Shown here in pieces: positions 9,501 through 18,870 of a DNA stretch of 64,000 bases. Within the stretch, counting starts at the first letter, position 1; each line of letters begins with the position of its first letter. The notes below the pieces were generated by a model that was not told where the DNA came from, did not search any database, and saw nothing but the letters and a program-made list of their open reading frames with translations. The position numbers and the translations under genes are program-made. Source of the stretch: Candidatus Peregrinibacteria bacterium (lineage in GTDB: Bacteria > Patescibacteriota > Gracilibacteria > UBA1369); the NCBI GenBank assembly GCA_003153355.1, contig PLYH01000001.1:76294-140293 (forward strand), given 5' to 3'.

Positions 9501-10929
9501 GATCGACGGCAAAGTCGTCAAATACACCCTCACCTTTACTCCGACGAACGACAAAACCGATGCAACTATCACCGACCCGATGAACAGCGGAAAAATCCAA
9601 GGCTACATCAATGGATCATCAACAACCGGAGGCGACATTAAATATGACGACACATTCTTGATCAACGGCGTGGTTCAATGTCCTGCCAGTGGACCGGCCA
9701 CCGACTGTTACACTCTTACAGGAGATCAAAATACCGTATTGCCGATCATCCAATTATCAAGCCTCAATGCCGGACAAGTCGTCACGGTAACTTACCAGGG
9801 CATTGTTGAAAACAGTTCAATCAGCGACAATAGTTGTTTGACCGGCAGTATTTGTGAAGAAAAATATACGAACATTGCTACTGCAAACTACGCCGTACCT
9901 TCAATGACTCCGGGAACATTAAGCGCATCGGCAGCCGTCCAAAGTTTCTGCCAGTATATCTTGACCCGCGCTTCCGGCGACATTTATCTTGAAACCAGCC
10001 TGCAGTACGGACAAGACATTTCGGTCTGCTCACAATACAAAAACAGCACCGGTCTGATCATCACTCCGGGCGCGCCTCCTGAACAAACCGCGCCAAGTAC
10101 AGGTGCAGCAGCTTCCCTGAACGTCGGTCACGAAATCTGCAACCTCGACAAATTCGCCGTGAACTTAACAACCCAAACGGGTAAGACGGAAACCCTCTAT
10201 GGCTCACAGGTTGCTTCAAACCTTTCCAGTGAAATCTGTGAAGTCAGACTCCGCCCAGGCCAGGATTGGGGCAAGAGCCAGATCGCTTCCAGCATTGAAG
10301 AAAACAAAACCCGCGTCGCCCGCTGGACTCCGAATTTGACTGCAGGAATGACCATCCAAAGTTTGAACGATCTTCCGCAAACATCAACCGGCGTCTACCA
10401 CATAAAAGGAAATCTTACGATTGATCCTTCACAGGCTGTTCCAGATTCAATCACCAATGCTTTCATTTCCGACGGTGACGGCGCAAAAACCTTCATCGTA
10501 GAAAACGGCGACCTGAATATTAACAGCAACATCAACTACGGCCCTTGCAAAAATCCGAGCGGCGTTTGCACCGTACGCGATACGGCTTCACTGGCTTTCA
10601 TCGTCTTAAACGGAAACATTAATATAAGTCCTAAAGTCACGCAGATGTCCGGCGTCTACTTTGTCCAGCAGGGTAAAGATACCAATGGAAATCTTGTCGA
10701 CAACGGCAAACTCGTTTCAACCGGTGAAGCAAACACTTATGTTCCTTTGACGGTTTTCGGATCGATCTACGGCGACATTCAGGATCTGTTGAGTCACCGC
10801 AAATTCTCCGGCGATCCGGCGTCCAACGGCGGTTCAATCGTCATCCGCTTTGATGAACGCATCATCCTCAACACACCTCCTGGATTACAGGACATTCTCC
10901 AGTTGAGCGAAAACCAGGTGGCCCAATAA
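6568..10929 (+). CDS. 1453-aa secreted Cys/Thr/Pro-rich surface protein with repeated Ig-like modules and C-terminal beta-rich domain
   Basis: Signal peptide MKNKNLTIWLVALTALVELLVAPLPVSA; repeated Cys-bounded modules separated by PPP linkers; C-terminal GDLNINSNI...RFDERIILNTPPGL. Confidence 0.9.
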   Translation: MKNKNLTIWLVALTALVELLVAPLPVSADYHPVSRQACDLGIFPFDPAGTKFYGSAADNYINGRPSEFPGGTITDAICNIAIGGHLTIPTVTPYTTQSYNPQPVTDTGDIPLKSGSQNTYVPIGLHQHNYYNDSAEETSGQQYFYKSLISKFEIDFAPDVASNIDLSKITCITDVPAGFSADDLSADGVANCNGYAPHLWGGTEVRNSASGVVWTFGENDPSSKPRIFGYNPDLDSLIGFNSKPDANRNFFAYVQLPTREDVPADLWSSSTSSKVLLRDYAIKRTTNMSYLNDDNYCSVPKDYDTHWCSMDWKRPAQFQTGTPYGSSTANYYWSPIGSTGVVWRKSAPTPEKCTSFTLTPLTLTNPGQTTLTGHITTDKGLSHNATITWTQSGGTLDTYPTQSAVTNADIINKFTIPNPGNDANVTAEVTAINDGVDLGTCAGSKQTAKTPPPTCTGLTISPTGPFVESDLPQTINVSSATTGGLNLDYKWTSTAPSKFTYDGNSGTYYDTDTSTTLNYTLPTISAPQTITVTAVDKSNHATEFAGTCQANIKITVPPPFCYDVVPNSTTLSNTGSDIFSAKVNYSDGIDRNTTVTWTPTNLNLTPPTSPETKTSATNFVKVTNPVVSGNPVSLQMQVTGVPAGVILPPGGDCATGKTASSGGGNMCQNLNSGYLGTTISGGSSQLLNPNPTNVSSPNPSQVSWTVSGSATLSPNPANNVACYDYLGPDLSNTSFTTIVGCSYFYKTSSVQGTSGSVSMSAVPNLGSVAACNQTITFNNPITPPGGGSCTGLSWSQVGGQICVSPIPSGSFSGSYQWTIGSTTFNDGTCQTVPPNTSVNVQAIGAPACQVNIPPQPPQNNQCTMGPPSYNNGELCLTNVQNYVGPFTWQIGSGAPFSNGLCQPVPLNTPVTVTGPTPACSINNYTPPVPPSPPTFTKTVEIVNLPGAKPISGETGVKSGFNNPLTLVPSNINGGKTGTIDGKVVKYTLTFTPTNDKTDATITDPMNSGKIQGYINGSSTTGGDIKYDDTFLINGVVQCPASGPATDCYTLTGDQNTVLPIIQLSSLNAGQVVTVTYQGIVENSSISDNSCLTGSICEEKYTNIATANYAVPSMTPGTLSASAAVQSFCQYILTRASGDIYLETSLQYGQDISVCSQYKNSTGLIITPGAPPEQTAPSTGAAASLNVGHEICNLDKFAVNLTTQTGKTETLYGSQVASNLSSEICEVRLRPGQDWGKSQIASSIEENKTRVARWTPNLTAGMTIQSLNDLPQTSTGVYHIKGNLTIDPSQAVPDSITNAFISDGDGAKTFIVENGDLNINSNINYGPCKNPSGVCTVRDTASLAFIVLNGNINISPKVTQMSGVYFVQQGKDTNGNLVDNGKLVSTGEANTYVPLTVFGSIYGDIQDLLSHRKFSGDPASNGGSIVIRFDERIILNTPPGLQDILQLSENQVAQ

Positions 10930-10955
10930 AACCTTCCACAAAAACATGATATAAG

Positions 10956-10984
10956 AAAACCCCTCCTTACAAAGAGGGGTTTTT
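10956..10984 (+). terminator. Intrinsic terminator after surface-protein operon
   Basis: AAAACCCCTC-8nt-GAGGGGTTTT followed by T-rich sequence. Confidence 0.8.
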
Positions 10985-11094
10985 GTTTATGTTCTGTCAT
11001 ATCTAGCCATGTCCGTCAAATATGGACGCGCACACAAACTTCCTGCTAGAGTAAGATCTCAAAAGTGCTATTTCCGCAATATATCACCGACAGC

Positions 11095-12078
11095 ATGCCC
11101 CAAGCCAATCTTCATCTTTTTTACGGCGAAGACACCTACTCCTCCTGGCACAAAAGCCAGTACTGGAAAAAAGAGTTCGAAAAAAAATTCGGCGACATTA
11201 ACGTGCTGATGTTTGATGGTGAAAAATTGACGTACGGCGATTTTATTGAAGCGGTTGATTCAGTCCCCTTCCTGGGCGAAAAAAAACTTGTGATCATCCG
11301 CGATTTTTTGCGCGACGGCAAAGACGACGACCAAAAATCCATAGCGGAAAAACTTCCGGACATCGCGGATTTCAGTCTGGTTGTTTTTCTGGAGCAGGAA
11401 AAACCCGATGCCAGAACAACGCTGTTTAAAACCCTCAAAAAAATAGCGACGCTGCAGGAGTTCGATCCTTTGATCGGACCAAAACTCACGGCATGGATTC
11501 AAACCAGAGTGCAGGAACGCGGCGGCAGGATAGGGATGCGTGAAGCCAACCAGCTGGCAGAAACCGTCGGACCAAACTTGTGGCAGATGACCCAGGAAAT
11601 TGAAAAACTCACACTGTATGCCGAAGGCCAGCCTATCCCAAGCGAAGCGATTGAAAGCATGACGAGCCCGAATCTTTCCACGTCAATTTTCAAACTCACG
11701 GACTATCTTGGACAAAAAAACGCCAAAGCTGCTCTTAAAACCTTGGATGTTCTTTTGGAAAGCGGCGAAGAGATCGTCAAAAGCATGTTCATGATCGTGA
11801 GGCATTTCAGAATTTTGATTCAGGTGCGGGCATGTATGGAACAAAAAATGGAAAAAACCGCCATCAACCAAAAACTGAAAGAACACCCTTTTGTGATTAT
11901 GACGGCCATGGGCCAGAGTAAAAATTTCAAAAGCGCGATGCTGGCGAAAACCTACGGCAAACTCCTGGCGATCGATACGAACATGAAAAGCGGCAAAATC
12001 CACATGACCGCAGGCGACAACACTGAACTGCGCCTGGCCCTGGAAAAACTGATCGTTGAACTGTGCCGGGTTGAATAA
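11095..12078 (+). CDS. holA: DNA polymerase III subunit delta
   Basis: LFYGED start, PFLGEKKLVII, EIEKL, IFKLTD, HPF motifs; start moved to ATG 11095. Confidence 0.92.
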   Translation: MPQANLHLFYGEDTYSSWHKSQYWKKEFEKKFGDINVLMFDGEKLTYGDFIEAVDSVPFLGEKKLVIIRDFLRDGKDDDQKSIAEKLPDIADFSLVVFLEQEKPDARTTLFKTLKKIATLQEFDPLIGPKLTAWIQTRVQERGGRIGMREANQLAETVGPNLWQMTQEIEKLTLYAEGQPIPSEAIESMTSPNLSTSIFKLTDYLGQKNAKAALKTLDVLLESGEEIVKSMFMIVRHFRILIQVRACMEQKMEKTAINQKLKEHPFVIMTAMGQSKNFKSAMLAKTYGKLLAIDTNMKSGKIHMTAGDNTELRLALEKLIVELCRVE

Positions 12079-12083
12079 AACAA

Positions 12084-12113
12084 AAGGAGCCCCGTTTTTC
12101 AACAAGGCTCCTT
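12084..12113. terminator. Probable bidirectional terminator between convergent genes
   Basis: AAGGAGCC...GGCTCCTT inverted repeat with 14-nt loop. Confidence 0.5.
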
Positions 12114-12143
12114 CATTTTATCGTACCTAAACTTCACTAACCT

Positions 12144-14282
12144 TTAAAACTTCCCGAGGGTGTGAAGTTTGTAAATAATTTCTGCAACTTCACGGCGCAA
12201 CGTGTATTGCGTTGGAAACAGATCTGCACCGACGAAGAGGCTGTTATCCATTGAATACTTTGCATACCCGCTGAACCACTGTCCTGCTGCAACGTCAGCA
12301 TAAGACAGACTGCTGTTGCTTGGCATCGGATCGCTCAGGTTGCGGAGCAGCAACGCGAGGAATTCAACGCGGTCTACTGCACGGCCCGGTCTGTAGAAAC
12401 CTGCATCAGCGCCGGACTGGTAACCGGTGATCATGCCGATGCCTTTTCCATCACAGACATATTGGAATGCCCATGATACCGGAGTCACATCCGGGAACGG
12501 ATTAACACTGTGGCAATAATCAGTGGATGCATTAAATTTATTGAAGGTCGTAAGCACAATCTTTGCAACCTGGTCGCGCTGGAGATCGGCATTTGGAGCA
12601 AACGTACCATCCGGATTGCCGGTCATCGCACCCGATCCTTTGACATATGTGAACGCTGCGCAATCAGGATCGGTTGACGGTACATCGGTAAAGCCGTCAC
12701 ATTGGCTGCCTGATGGCGGAGGCGGTGGAGTAACACTGCCCACACTCACAGTTACATTCGTAGATTTTGAATCGGTTCCTCCCGCGTTGGTTGCCGTAAC
12801 TTTAGCGGTATAAACACCGTCGGCAACAACATTGCCGGTGGTGTCTTTTCCATCCCAGGTTGTAAGAATCGAACCAGTGGATTTGCTTTGATTATCAATC
12901 AATCTTTTCATTTCAACGCTGCTTCCGTTCAAAATGGAAACAGTGACATTCGCATTGGCACTGAGGTTGAAAGAAATTGTCGTGGTGTCAGCATTGCCGT
13001 CGCCGTTCGGACTGATCGTTGCCGGAGCAGCGCTCAAACCCGTAATCGATGGAGCAGAAACACTCGCAGCCGCTGCTTCAAATGCACCCGGATCATATTG
13101 GGCGGTGCCGTTACCGTCGCCGTCGAGCGGACGGGCAGTGCCGAAATAATCGTTGGCCACACCACTTTCGGTTGTACCTTTATCGATACAAGTTGAACCG
13201 CTTGCCAGTTTATAACTGTTTGGATCCGTGCCTGATCCGGAAAATTGAGGATCGCAACTTAGGTTATTCCCGCTCATCGCAGGATCGCTGGAGTTGCTGA
13301 AAAGTGCATTGTAATCAAAAACGGACGTATCGCCTCCGTTATGAACAAGTGTGGAATTGCCTACTGTGTAAGCAATAAGATTGTTATCGATCGTGTTGCC
13401 ATTGCCGAGAGCAACGATCGCCGCATTACTTGCGCCCGAATTAATCTGGTTGTGCGCCAGAGTGTTATTCACGAACTGGCAGCTGCCTCCCGGAATAACA
13501 AGAGCGTCAGCGGTATCGCCTAAAATAAAATTATTATAGACGAGCGCACCGTTGCTGCATTTTAAAGAACCGCCTCCACCATTGGAACTGTTGGCATAGT
13601 AAAGATTATTATATGCCGTAACTTTACCGTTATAATTTGAAACAAGGCCGCCGTTCGCGGTATTGCTGTAAAATTTATTTGCGCTTACTTCCGCCGTATT
13701 GGAACCGGTGATGATAATGGCCAATGCAACGGCGCTCGTGGTGATATTATTGTGAATAACATTGTTCGTAACGGAAAAATCAAGAGTGGTAGCACCGTTA
13801 TTCTGAATAAAAATCCCGCCCCCGTTCAGACCTGAGATATCAAACCCGTCCATTTTTCCAGCAACCGAAGTAACATCCAAGAGACCCGCTGCTCCGCCTG
13901 TCTGAATATTTGAAGGTGTTGATGAAGGAGCCTGGGTGGAAAACGCGCTGTTCCATCCGCCGGAAAGATTAAAACTCTTTGAATAAGTAGAGCCATCAAC
14001 ATTCCACGGAAGAGTTTCAGCGGAATAGTTCCCGCCCGCGACCCAAATGTTGTCGTAATCGGAATTCGCCGGAGTTTCCAGATAATTCACGGCGTCGGTA
14101 ATCTTCTGAAATGGATGAGCAAAGCTTCCATCTCCAGCCGGAGCTGCACTGGCGTCAACGTAGACACCGCAGCTGTGGAGCGTATGACAGTTAAGAATAG
14201 GAGGAATAATTGCCGATGCGCTGCTCGCTCCAATTGAAAAGAGCATGAGCGCACTCCCCATGGAGGCGATCAATTTTTTCAT
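12144..14282 (-). CDS. Secreted S-layer-homology protein with parallel beta-helix, choice-of-anchor-Q-like and FlgD Ig-like domains
   Basis: Signal peptide; GDGSFAHPFQKI; Asn-ladder repeats; RPLDGDGNGTAQYDPGAFE; PNGDGNAD...WDGKD...ADGVY; SLH motifs FTDV...GNPDGTFAPN. Confidence 0.85.
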   Translation of the reverse strand: MKKLIASMGSALMLFSIGASSASAIIPPILNCHTLHSCGVYVDASAAPAGDGSFAHPFQKITDAVNYLETPANSDYDNIWVAGGNYSAETLPWNVDGSTYSKSFNLSGGWNSAFSTQAPSSTPSNIQTGGAAGLLDVTSVAGKMDGFDISGLNGGGIFIQNNGATTLDFSVTNNVIHNNITTSAVALAIIITGSNTAEVSANKFYSNTANGGLVSNYNGKVTAYNNLYYANSSNGGGGSLKCSNGALVYNNFILGDTADALVIPGGSCQFVNNTLAHNQINSGASNAAIVALGNGNTIDNNLIAYTVGNSTLVHNGGDTSVFDYNALFSNSSDPAMSGNNLSCDPQFSGSGTDPNSYKLASGSTCIDKGTTESGVANDYFGTARPLDGDGNGTAQYDPGAFEAAAASVSAPSITGLSAAPATISPNGDGNADTTTISFNLSANANVTVSILNGSSVEMKRLIDNQSKSTGSILTTWDGKDTTGNVVADGVYTAKVTATNAGGTDSKSTNVTVSVGSVTPPPPPSGSQCDGFTDVPSTDPDCAAFTYVKGSGAMTGNPDGTFAPNADLQRDQVAKIVLTTFNKFNASTDYCHSVNPFPDVTPVSWAFQYVCDGKGIGMITGYQSGADAGFYRPGRAVDRVEFLALLLRNLSDPMPSNSSLSYADVAAGQWFSGYAKYSMDNSLFVGADLFPTQYTLRREVAEIIYKLHTLGKF

Positions 14283-14371
14283 AACGAAAAAATTTAAGAA
14301 ATAAAAATACTCCTGACATTATAACACTGTACTTTCTAAAACTGAAAAAAACCGGAAATGTTACAGCTTTT

Positions 14372-15841
14372 TTAAAGTGCCGGCTTCATCGTATGCCAAT
14401 CCGTTGCCTGTTCATAGGCGGCAGCGACTTTCAAAATTTTATCTTCACTGAACTGCGGACCGATGATCTGCAAACCGACCGGTAATTTTTTATCGGCCTT
14501 GTTGATAAAACCGCACGGCAGACTGATCGCCGGAACTCCGGCACAATTCACCGGAATCGTAAATACGTCGGCCAGATACATTGCCAAAGGATCGTCTTTC
14601 TTTTCACCGATCGTAAAAGCCGGGAAAGGTGAAACCGGCGTCATGATGACGTCGACGTTTTTGAATGCATCATCAAAATCTTTACGGATGAGCGTACGCA
14701 CTTTTTGCGCGCGCACATAGTACGCATCGTAGTAACCGGCGGAAAGCACATACGTGCCGATCATGATGCGGCGTTTGATTTCATCACCGAAACCTTCATT
14801 GCGCGCCTGATAATAATAATCGATCATATCTTTAACAGGGGCTTTTGGTTTTGCACCAAAACGGATGCCGTCAAAACGGGCCAGGTTCGCCGAAAGTTCG
14901 GCTGGCATAGCAATATAATAAACTGCAACGGCATAAGAAGTATAAGGAAGGCTGATTTCACTGACCGTCGCTCCCATTTTTTCGTACTCTTTCAACGCAG
15001 TCCGGATAATATTTTCAACTTCCGGATCAAGACCTGCTCCGAAATACTCCTTGGGAACTCCTATTTTAAGGCCTTTCACGGACTGTCCCAGCGCTTTTGA
15101 ATAATCGGGAACCTCAACCGCAGGAGTGGTGGCGTCACGGACATCTTTGCCCGCGATATATTGCAGAACCGTAGCAACATCCTGAACGGTTTTCCCAAAC
15201 GGACCGATCGAATCCCAGGAAGAAGCCATGGCCGTAACACCGCTGCGGGAAACTCTTCCATACGTAACTTTCAATCCTACGACTCCGCACAATGACGCGG
15301 GCTGACGGATGGACCCGCCCGTATCCGTCCCCAAAGCATAAAAACTCATATCAGCCGCTACTGCAGCAGCGGACCCGCCCGATGAACCTCCCGCGACGCG
15401 CGTAGGATCCCATGGATTTTTTGTAGGACCGAAACAGGAATGCTCCGTAGAACCTCCTGAAGCAAACTCATCCATATTCTGTTTCCCCGCAAGAACAAAA
15501 CCCGCTTCTTTCAGCTTCGTGACGACGGTAGCGTCATAAGGCGGCACAAAATTTTTCAAAAAAGGCGAAGCGCACGTCGTGCGTACACCTTGAGTATTAA
15601 AAATATCCTTAATTCCGACGGGCACGCCGGTCAAAGGCGTAACGTTCTTTCCCGAAGCTAATCGTTCATCAGCTTCGGCAGCCATTTTTAAGGCTCCTTC
15701 ATCGTCAACGGTCACATAAACGTTCAAACCATCGTTCACTTTTTTAATACGTTCGAGAAGATCTTTCGTCAGTTCAACCGAAGAAAATTTCTTATTCTTA
15801 AGACCTTCAGTGGCTTCGGCGAGTGTTAAAGTATGCAGCAT
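14372..15841 (-). CDS. gatA: Asp/Glu-tRNA amidotransferase subunit A
   Basis: Amidase signature GGSSGGSAAAVAA, GTDTGGSIRQPA, EIKRRIMIG; start moved to MLHTLTL. Confidence 0.97.
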   Translation of the reverse strand: MLHTLTLAEATEGLKNKKFSSVELTKDLLERIKKVNDGLNVYVTVDDEGALKMAAEADERLASGKNVTPLTGVPVGIKDIFNTQGVRTTCASPFLKNFVPPYDATVVTKLKEAGFVLAGKQNMDEFASGGSTEHSCFGPTKNPWDPTRVAGGSSGGSAAAVAADMSFYALGTDTGGSIRQPASLCGVVGLKVTYGRVSRSGVTAMASSWDSIGPFGKTVQDVATVLQYIAGKDVRDATTPAVEVPDYSKALGQSVKGLKIGVPKEYFGAGLDPEVENIIRTALKEYEKMGATVSEISLPYTSYAVAVYYIAMPAELSANLARFDGIRFGAKPKAPVKDMIDYYYQARNEGFGDEIKRRIMIGTYVLSAGYYDAYYVRAQKVRTLIRKDFDDAFKNVDVIMTPVSPFPAFTIGEKKDDPLAMYLADVFTIPVNCAGVPAISLPCGFINKADKKLPVGLQIIGPQFSEDKILKVAAAYEQATDWHTMKPAL

Positions 15842-15846
15842 AAAAA

Positions 15847-16137
15847 TTACATCGAAATAACGGATTTCACCTGGATCTGATCGTTCTGGACGGGAAGCTC
15901 GGTGCACTTTAAAAGATCTTCGCGGTTTGAAAAACGCGATACAACATCTTCACGCATCACATTTTCAAGGCCGGTGACCTGCGAAGTCGGTTCAACATTC
16001 TTCACATCAACTTCATTCAGTTTTTCAACGTACTCCATAATGCTGCTGAGCTGTTTGGCGAACTTGTCGACATCGTTGTCCTGAAGCCCCAAACGCGCCA
16101 GTTTGGCAATATGTTTAACCTGTTCCGGAGTAATCAT
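15847..16137 (-). CDS. gatC: Asp/Glu-tRNA amidotransferase subunit C
   Basis: MITPEQVKHIAKLARL...VEPT...NVMRED; directly upstream of gatA. Confidence 0.95.
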   Translation of the reverse strand: MITPEQVKHIAKLARLGLQDNDVDKFAKQLSSIMEYVEKLNEVDVKNVEPTSQVTGLENVMREDVVSRFSNREDLLKCTELPVQNDQIQVKSVISM

Positions 16138-16199
16138 AAAAATAGTGAAGAACAGCCAGAGTATAAACGTGCTCGGCGAGTTGTGCAAACCCGGCACGG

Positions 16200-16208
16200 T
16201 GCTATAAT
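16200..16208 (+). promoter_or_regulatory. Extended -10 promoter element
   Basis: TGcTATAAT 25 nt upstream of ATG 16234. Confidence 0.6.
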
Positions 16209-16233
16209 ACAACAAGCACTTTCTAAAAAACCC

Positions 16234-16554
16234 ATGGCAGGAAAAACCTCGGAAAACATTAAAAAAGTATCGCTGGTGCTCTTCATTATTCTGGGCCTGG
16301 TTCATATTTTGACGGGCTTCATGATGACGAGCGGCATCGGACTTCCATACACGTTCATCGTGAACCATATTATGGATATCCCTTTTGCGATGATCGCCCT
16401 TATTTACGGCCTTTCAAGCATCAAAGCCGGTTTTTCCGGCACGAAAACCGCGGGCAATAAAATCATCAACATTCTTTTCATTGTACTTGCCCTTCTCATT
16501 TTCGCGGGACTCGTCTATATTAATGTCTTCGTTCCCGACAAAATAACCATGTAA
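16234..16554 (+). CDS. Small 3-TM hypothetical membrane protein
   Basis: Three hydrophobic segments; first gene of a run leading to ftsX; start moved to MAGKTS. Confidence 0.75.
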   Translation: MAGKTSENIKKVSLVLFIILGLVHILTGFMMTSGIGLPYTFIVNHIMDIPFAMIALIYGLSSIKAGFSGTKTAGNKIINILFIVLALLIFAGLVYINVFVPDKITM

Positions 16555-16558
16555 TCTT

Positions 16559-17089
16559 ATGCAGAAACCTGAAAACCTTAAAGTTGTAATGGCATTTGGA
16601 ACTTTTGACCTCTTCCATGCCGGCCACGAGAACTACCTGAAACAAGCCAAAGAGCTTGGCGACTATCTGATCGTAGTCATCGCGCGCGATGAGACCGTCA
16701 GAAAAATCAAAGGAGAAGCCTCTGTCCACAATGAAAACGAACGCTTCAAAAACGTCAAAGCATCGGGCATCGCTGAAAAAGTGATCCTTGGTTACAAAGG
16801 AGACAAATATAAAGTTCTCAAAAAATTCCGTCCGAATGTGATTGCCCTGGGTTATGACCAGTTTGTTTTTACCCAGCGGCTGGATAAAACGCTCATCGAT
16901 ATGAAACTGAATGCCGACGTCGTGCGCCTTCAGCCTTATTTCCCTCAAATCTACAAATCCTCGCTTCTTAAAAAAAATCTGCCAGAAGAAAACGGTTCGG
17001 AACTAAACCGAGATGCCGTTTTAAGCGAAAACGACCAGGAGCTTAACAGCATCAAAAATTTTGAACCGAAAAGCAAAGCGCTTCTCTAA
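16559..17089 (+). CDS. HxGH nucleotidyltransferase, RibL-like FAD synthase / cytidylyltransferase family
   Basis: FGTFDLFHAGH, VVIARD, PNVIALGYDQ, YKSS motifs. Confidence 0.8.
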   Translation: MQKPENLKVVMAFGTFDLFHAGHENYLKQAKELGDYLIVVIARDETVRKIKGEASVHNENERFKNVKASGIAEKVILGYKGDKYKVLKKFRPNVIALGYDQFVFTQRLDKTLIDMKLNADVVRLQPYFPQIYKSSLLKKNLPEENGSELNRDAVLSENDQELNSIKNFEPKSKALL

Positions 17090-17094
17090 AAATC

Positions 17095-18060
17095 ATGGCT
17101 CAAACAAAACTCACACCTTCGGATTTTAACAGCAATATTTTCGTTGCCTTTTCGCGGAGCCTGCAGCTGGGCCTGACGAACTTCTGGCGCAACAAATTTC
17201 TTTCCATGGCCACCATCGGGGTGATCGCCGTGATTCTTTTTATTTTCAATGCGATTCTGGCAGTCCATTTTATCGGAAATCAGGCACTCCAGGCTTTAAG
17301 TGAAAGAGTGGACATCATTATTTACCTGCGTGATGACATTCAGCCTACCGAAGCTCAAAATCTCGCCCAGCAGCTGCAGAATATTCCAGGGGTAAAAACC
17401 GTCCAATACACTTCCAAAGAACAGGCGCTGGATATCGTGGCCCAGACCCATCCTCAGACCGCGGATTTTTTAAGAAAATTCAACCTGACCAATCCCCTGC
17501 CGCCAAGCATCAGTATCATCACCCAGCGGCCGGAAGATTATCAGACCGTGGAAAATTTCCTGGAACAGCCGCAGTATAAATCGCTCATGCAAAATTACGT
17601 GGCCGCCGGCGGAACGAACGAAAATATTATTCTTTCCAATGTCGCCAAAAACCTTTTGAACCTGAGCCAGTTCGTCCGCCAGGTTATTTTCTGGCTGGTC
17701 CTGGTTTTTGTTCTGGGAGGAACGCTGGTCATCGTGAACGCGATCCAGCTGACGATTTATACCCGCCGTCAGGAAATCACCATCATGCGCCTGGTGGGCG
17801 CGACTCCGACGTTTATCCGCATGCCTTTTATTTTTGAAGGCGTCCTTTACGGCGTGAGCGCCGTTCTTATAAGTTTTCTCTTCTTGTTTTTCCTGGGCAA
17901 AACCATTCAAATCGACGCATCAACGATGTGGAGCTACTACAACAGCCTGCAGCTCGGCCAGGTTTTCTTGGCGGAACTGACGATGACTGTTATCCTGGGA
18001 ATTATAAGCAGTTTTGCCGCAGTGGAACAGCATATCCACGGCAAGATCACAACGTCCTAA
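17095..18060 (+). CDS. ftsX: Cell division permease-like protein FtsX
   Basis: YTSKEQAL, NPLP, RRQEITIMRLVGAT..FIRMPF..EG motifs; 4 TM. Confidence 0.93.
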   Translation: MAQTKLTPSDFNSNIFVAFSRSLQLGLTNFWRNKFLSMATIGVIAVILFIFNAILAVHFIGNQALQALSERVDIIIYLRDDIQPTEAQNLAQQLQNIPGVKTVQYTSKEQALDIVAQTHPQTADFLRKFNLTNPLPPSISIITQRPEDYQTVENFLEQPQYKSLMQNYVAAGGTNENIILSNVAKNLLNLSQFVRQVIFWLVLVFVLGGTLVIVNAIQLTIYTRRQEITIMRLVGATPTFIRMPFIFEGVLYGVSAVLISFLFLFFLGKTIQIDASTMWSYYNSLQLGQVFLAELTMTVILGIISSFAAVEQHIHGKITTS

Positions 18061-18078
18061 TCTTTCTGAAAGCTTTCA

Positions 18079-18870
18079 ATGGGTGAGCAAAGAAACATCC
18101 ACACGCAAGGCATCATTCTGAAAAAACATCCTTTCGGTGAAAACGATTTTTCTGTGACGATCTATTCTCCGGATCTTGGAAAAATCCAGGCGACCGCCAA
18201 AGGTGCGCGCAAAATGACCAGTTCAGCGGCAGGATATCTAGAAACATTGAACATCTGCAATTTCCAACTCTACAAAAGTTCGGTGCGCTATACCATTGTC
18301 CAATGCCAGATTCAGGAAAAATTTAAAACGATCGGAGAAGATCTGGACCGCGCCATGATGGCCGGCATGATCGTGGAAATTTTCAATAAAAGCACCATCA
18401 GCAGCGAACATTGCTCGGAGCTTTTTCATCTTTTAAGACAAAGTCTCCGCAAAATCGGCAAGACCAGCCAGCACTTTCTTACGGTTGAAAGTTTCAAACT
18501 GAATCTTTTACGCCAGATCGGCGTTCTTCCCGATCTGGAAAACTGCGCCTCATGCCATGAACGATGGAACACCGGACATATTATCTGGCTGGAAAAAAGC
18601 GGTTACCTGCGCTGTGAGAACTGCCTTTATGAACACGCCGTCTCGGAACAAAACGGCCACTCGCGGAATACCAAAAACGCCAAACACATCGAATTCAACA
18701 TCATCAAACTCATCAACTATCTCATCCGTCCGCTCAGCGAACAAACCAAGACCATCGCTTTTAATCCCGAACAAAAAGAGCAGCTTCAATACCTGACGCG
18801 CTTTTTCCTGGAACACTTTTTGGACCGTGAAATTGTGAGCGAAAAAATGATGATGGACATCTCAGGATAA
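18079..18870 (+). CDS. recO: DNA repair protein RecO
   Basis: GIILK..FGEND, GKI.ATAKGARK, CxxC...CxxC zinc finger. Confidence 0.92.
   Translation: MGEQRNIHTQGIILKKHPFGENDFSVTIYSPDLGKIQATAKGARKMTSSAAGYLETLNICNFQLYKSSVRYTIVQCQIQEKFKTIGEDLDRAMMAGMIVEIFNKSTISSEHCSELFHLLRQSLRKIGKTSQHFLTVESFKLNLLRQIGVLPDLENCASCHERWNTGHIIWLEKSGYLRCENCLYEHAVSEQNGHSRNTKNAKHIEFNIIKLINYLIRPLSEQTKTIAFNPEQKEQLQYLTRFFLEHFLDREIVSEKMMMDISG

Noticed and set aside
14372-16137. gatCA without adjacent gatB
   Set aside because: Separation of gatB from gatCA is common; not informative without the rest of the genome.
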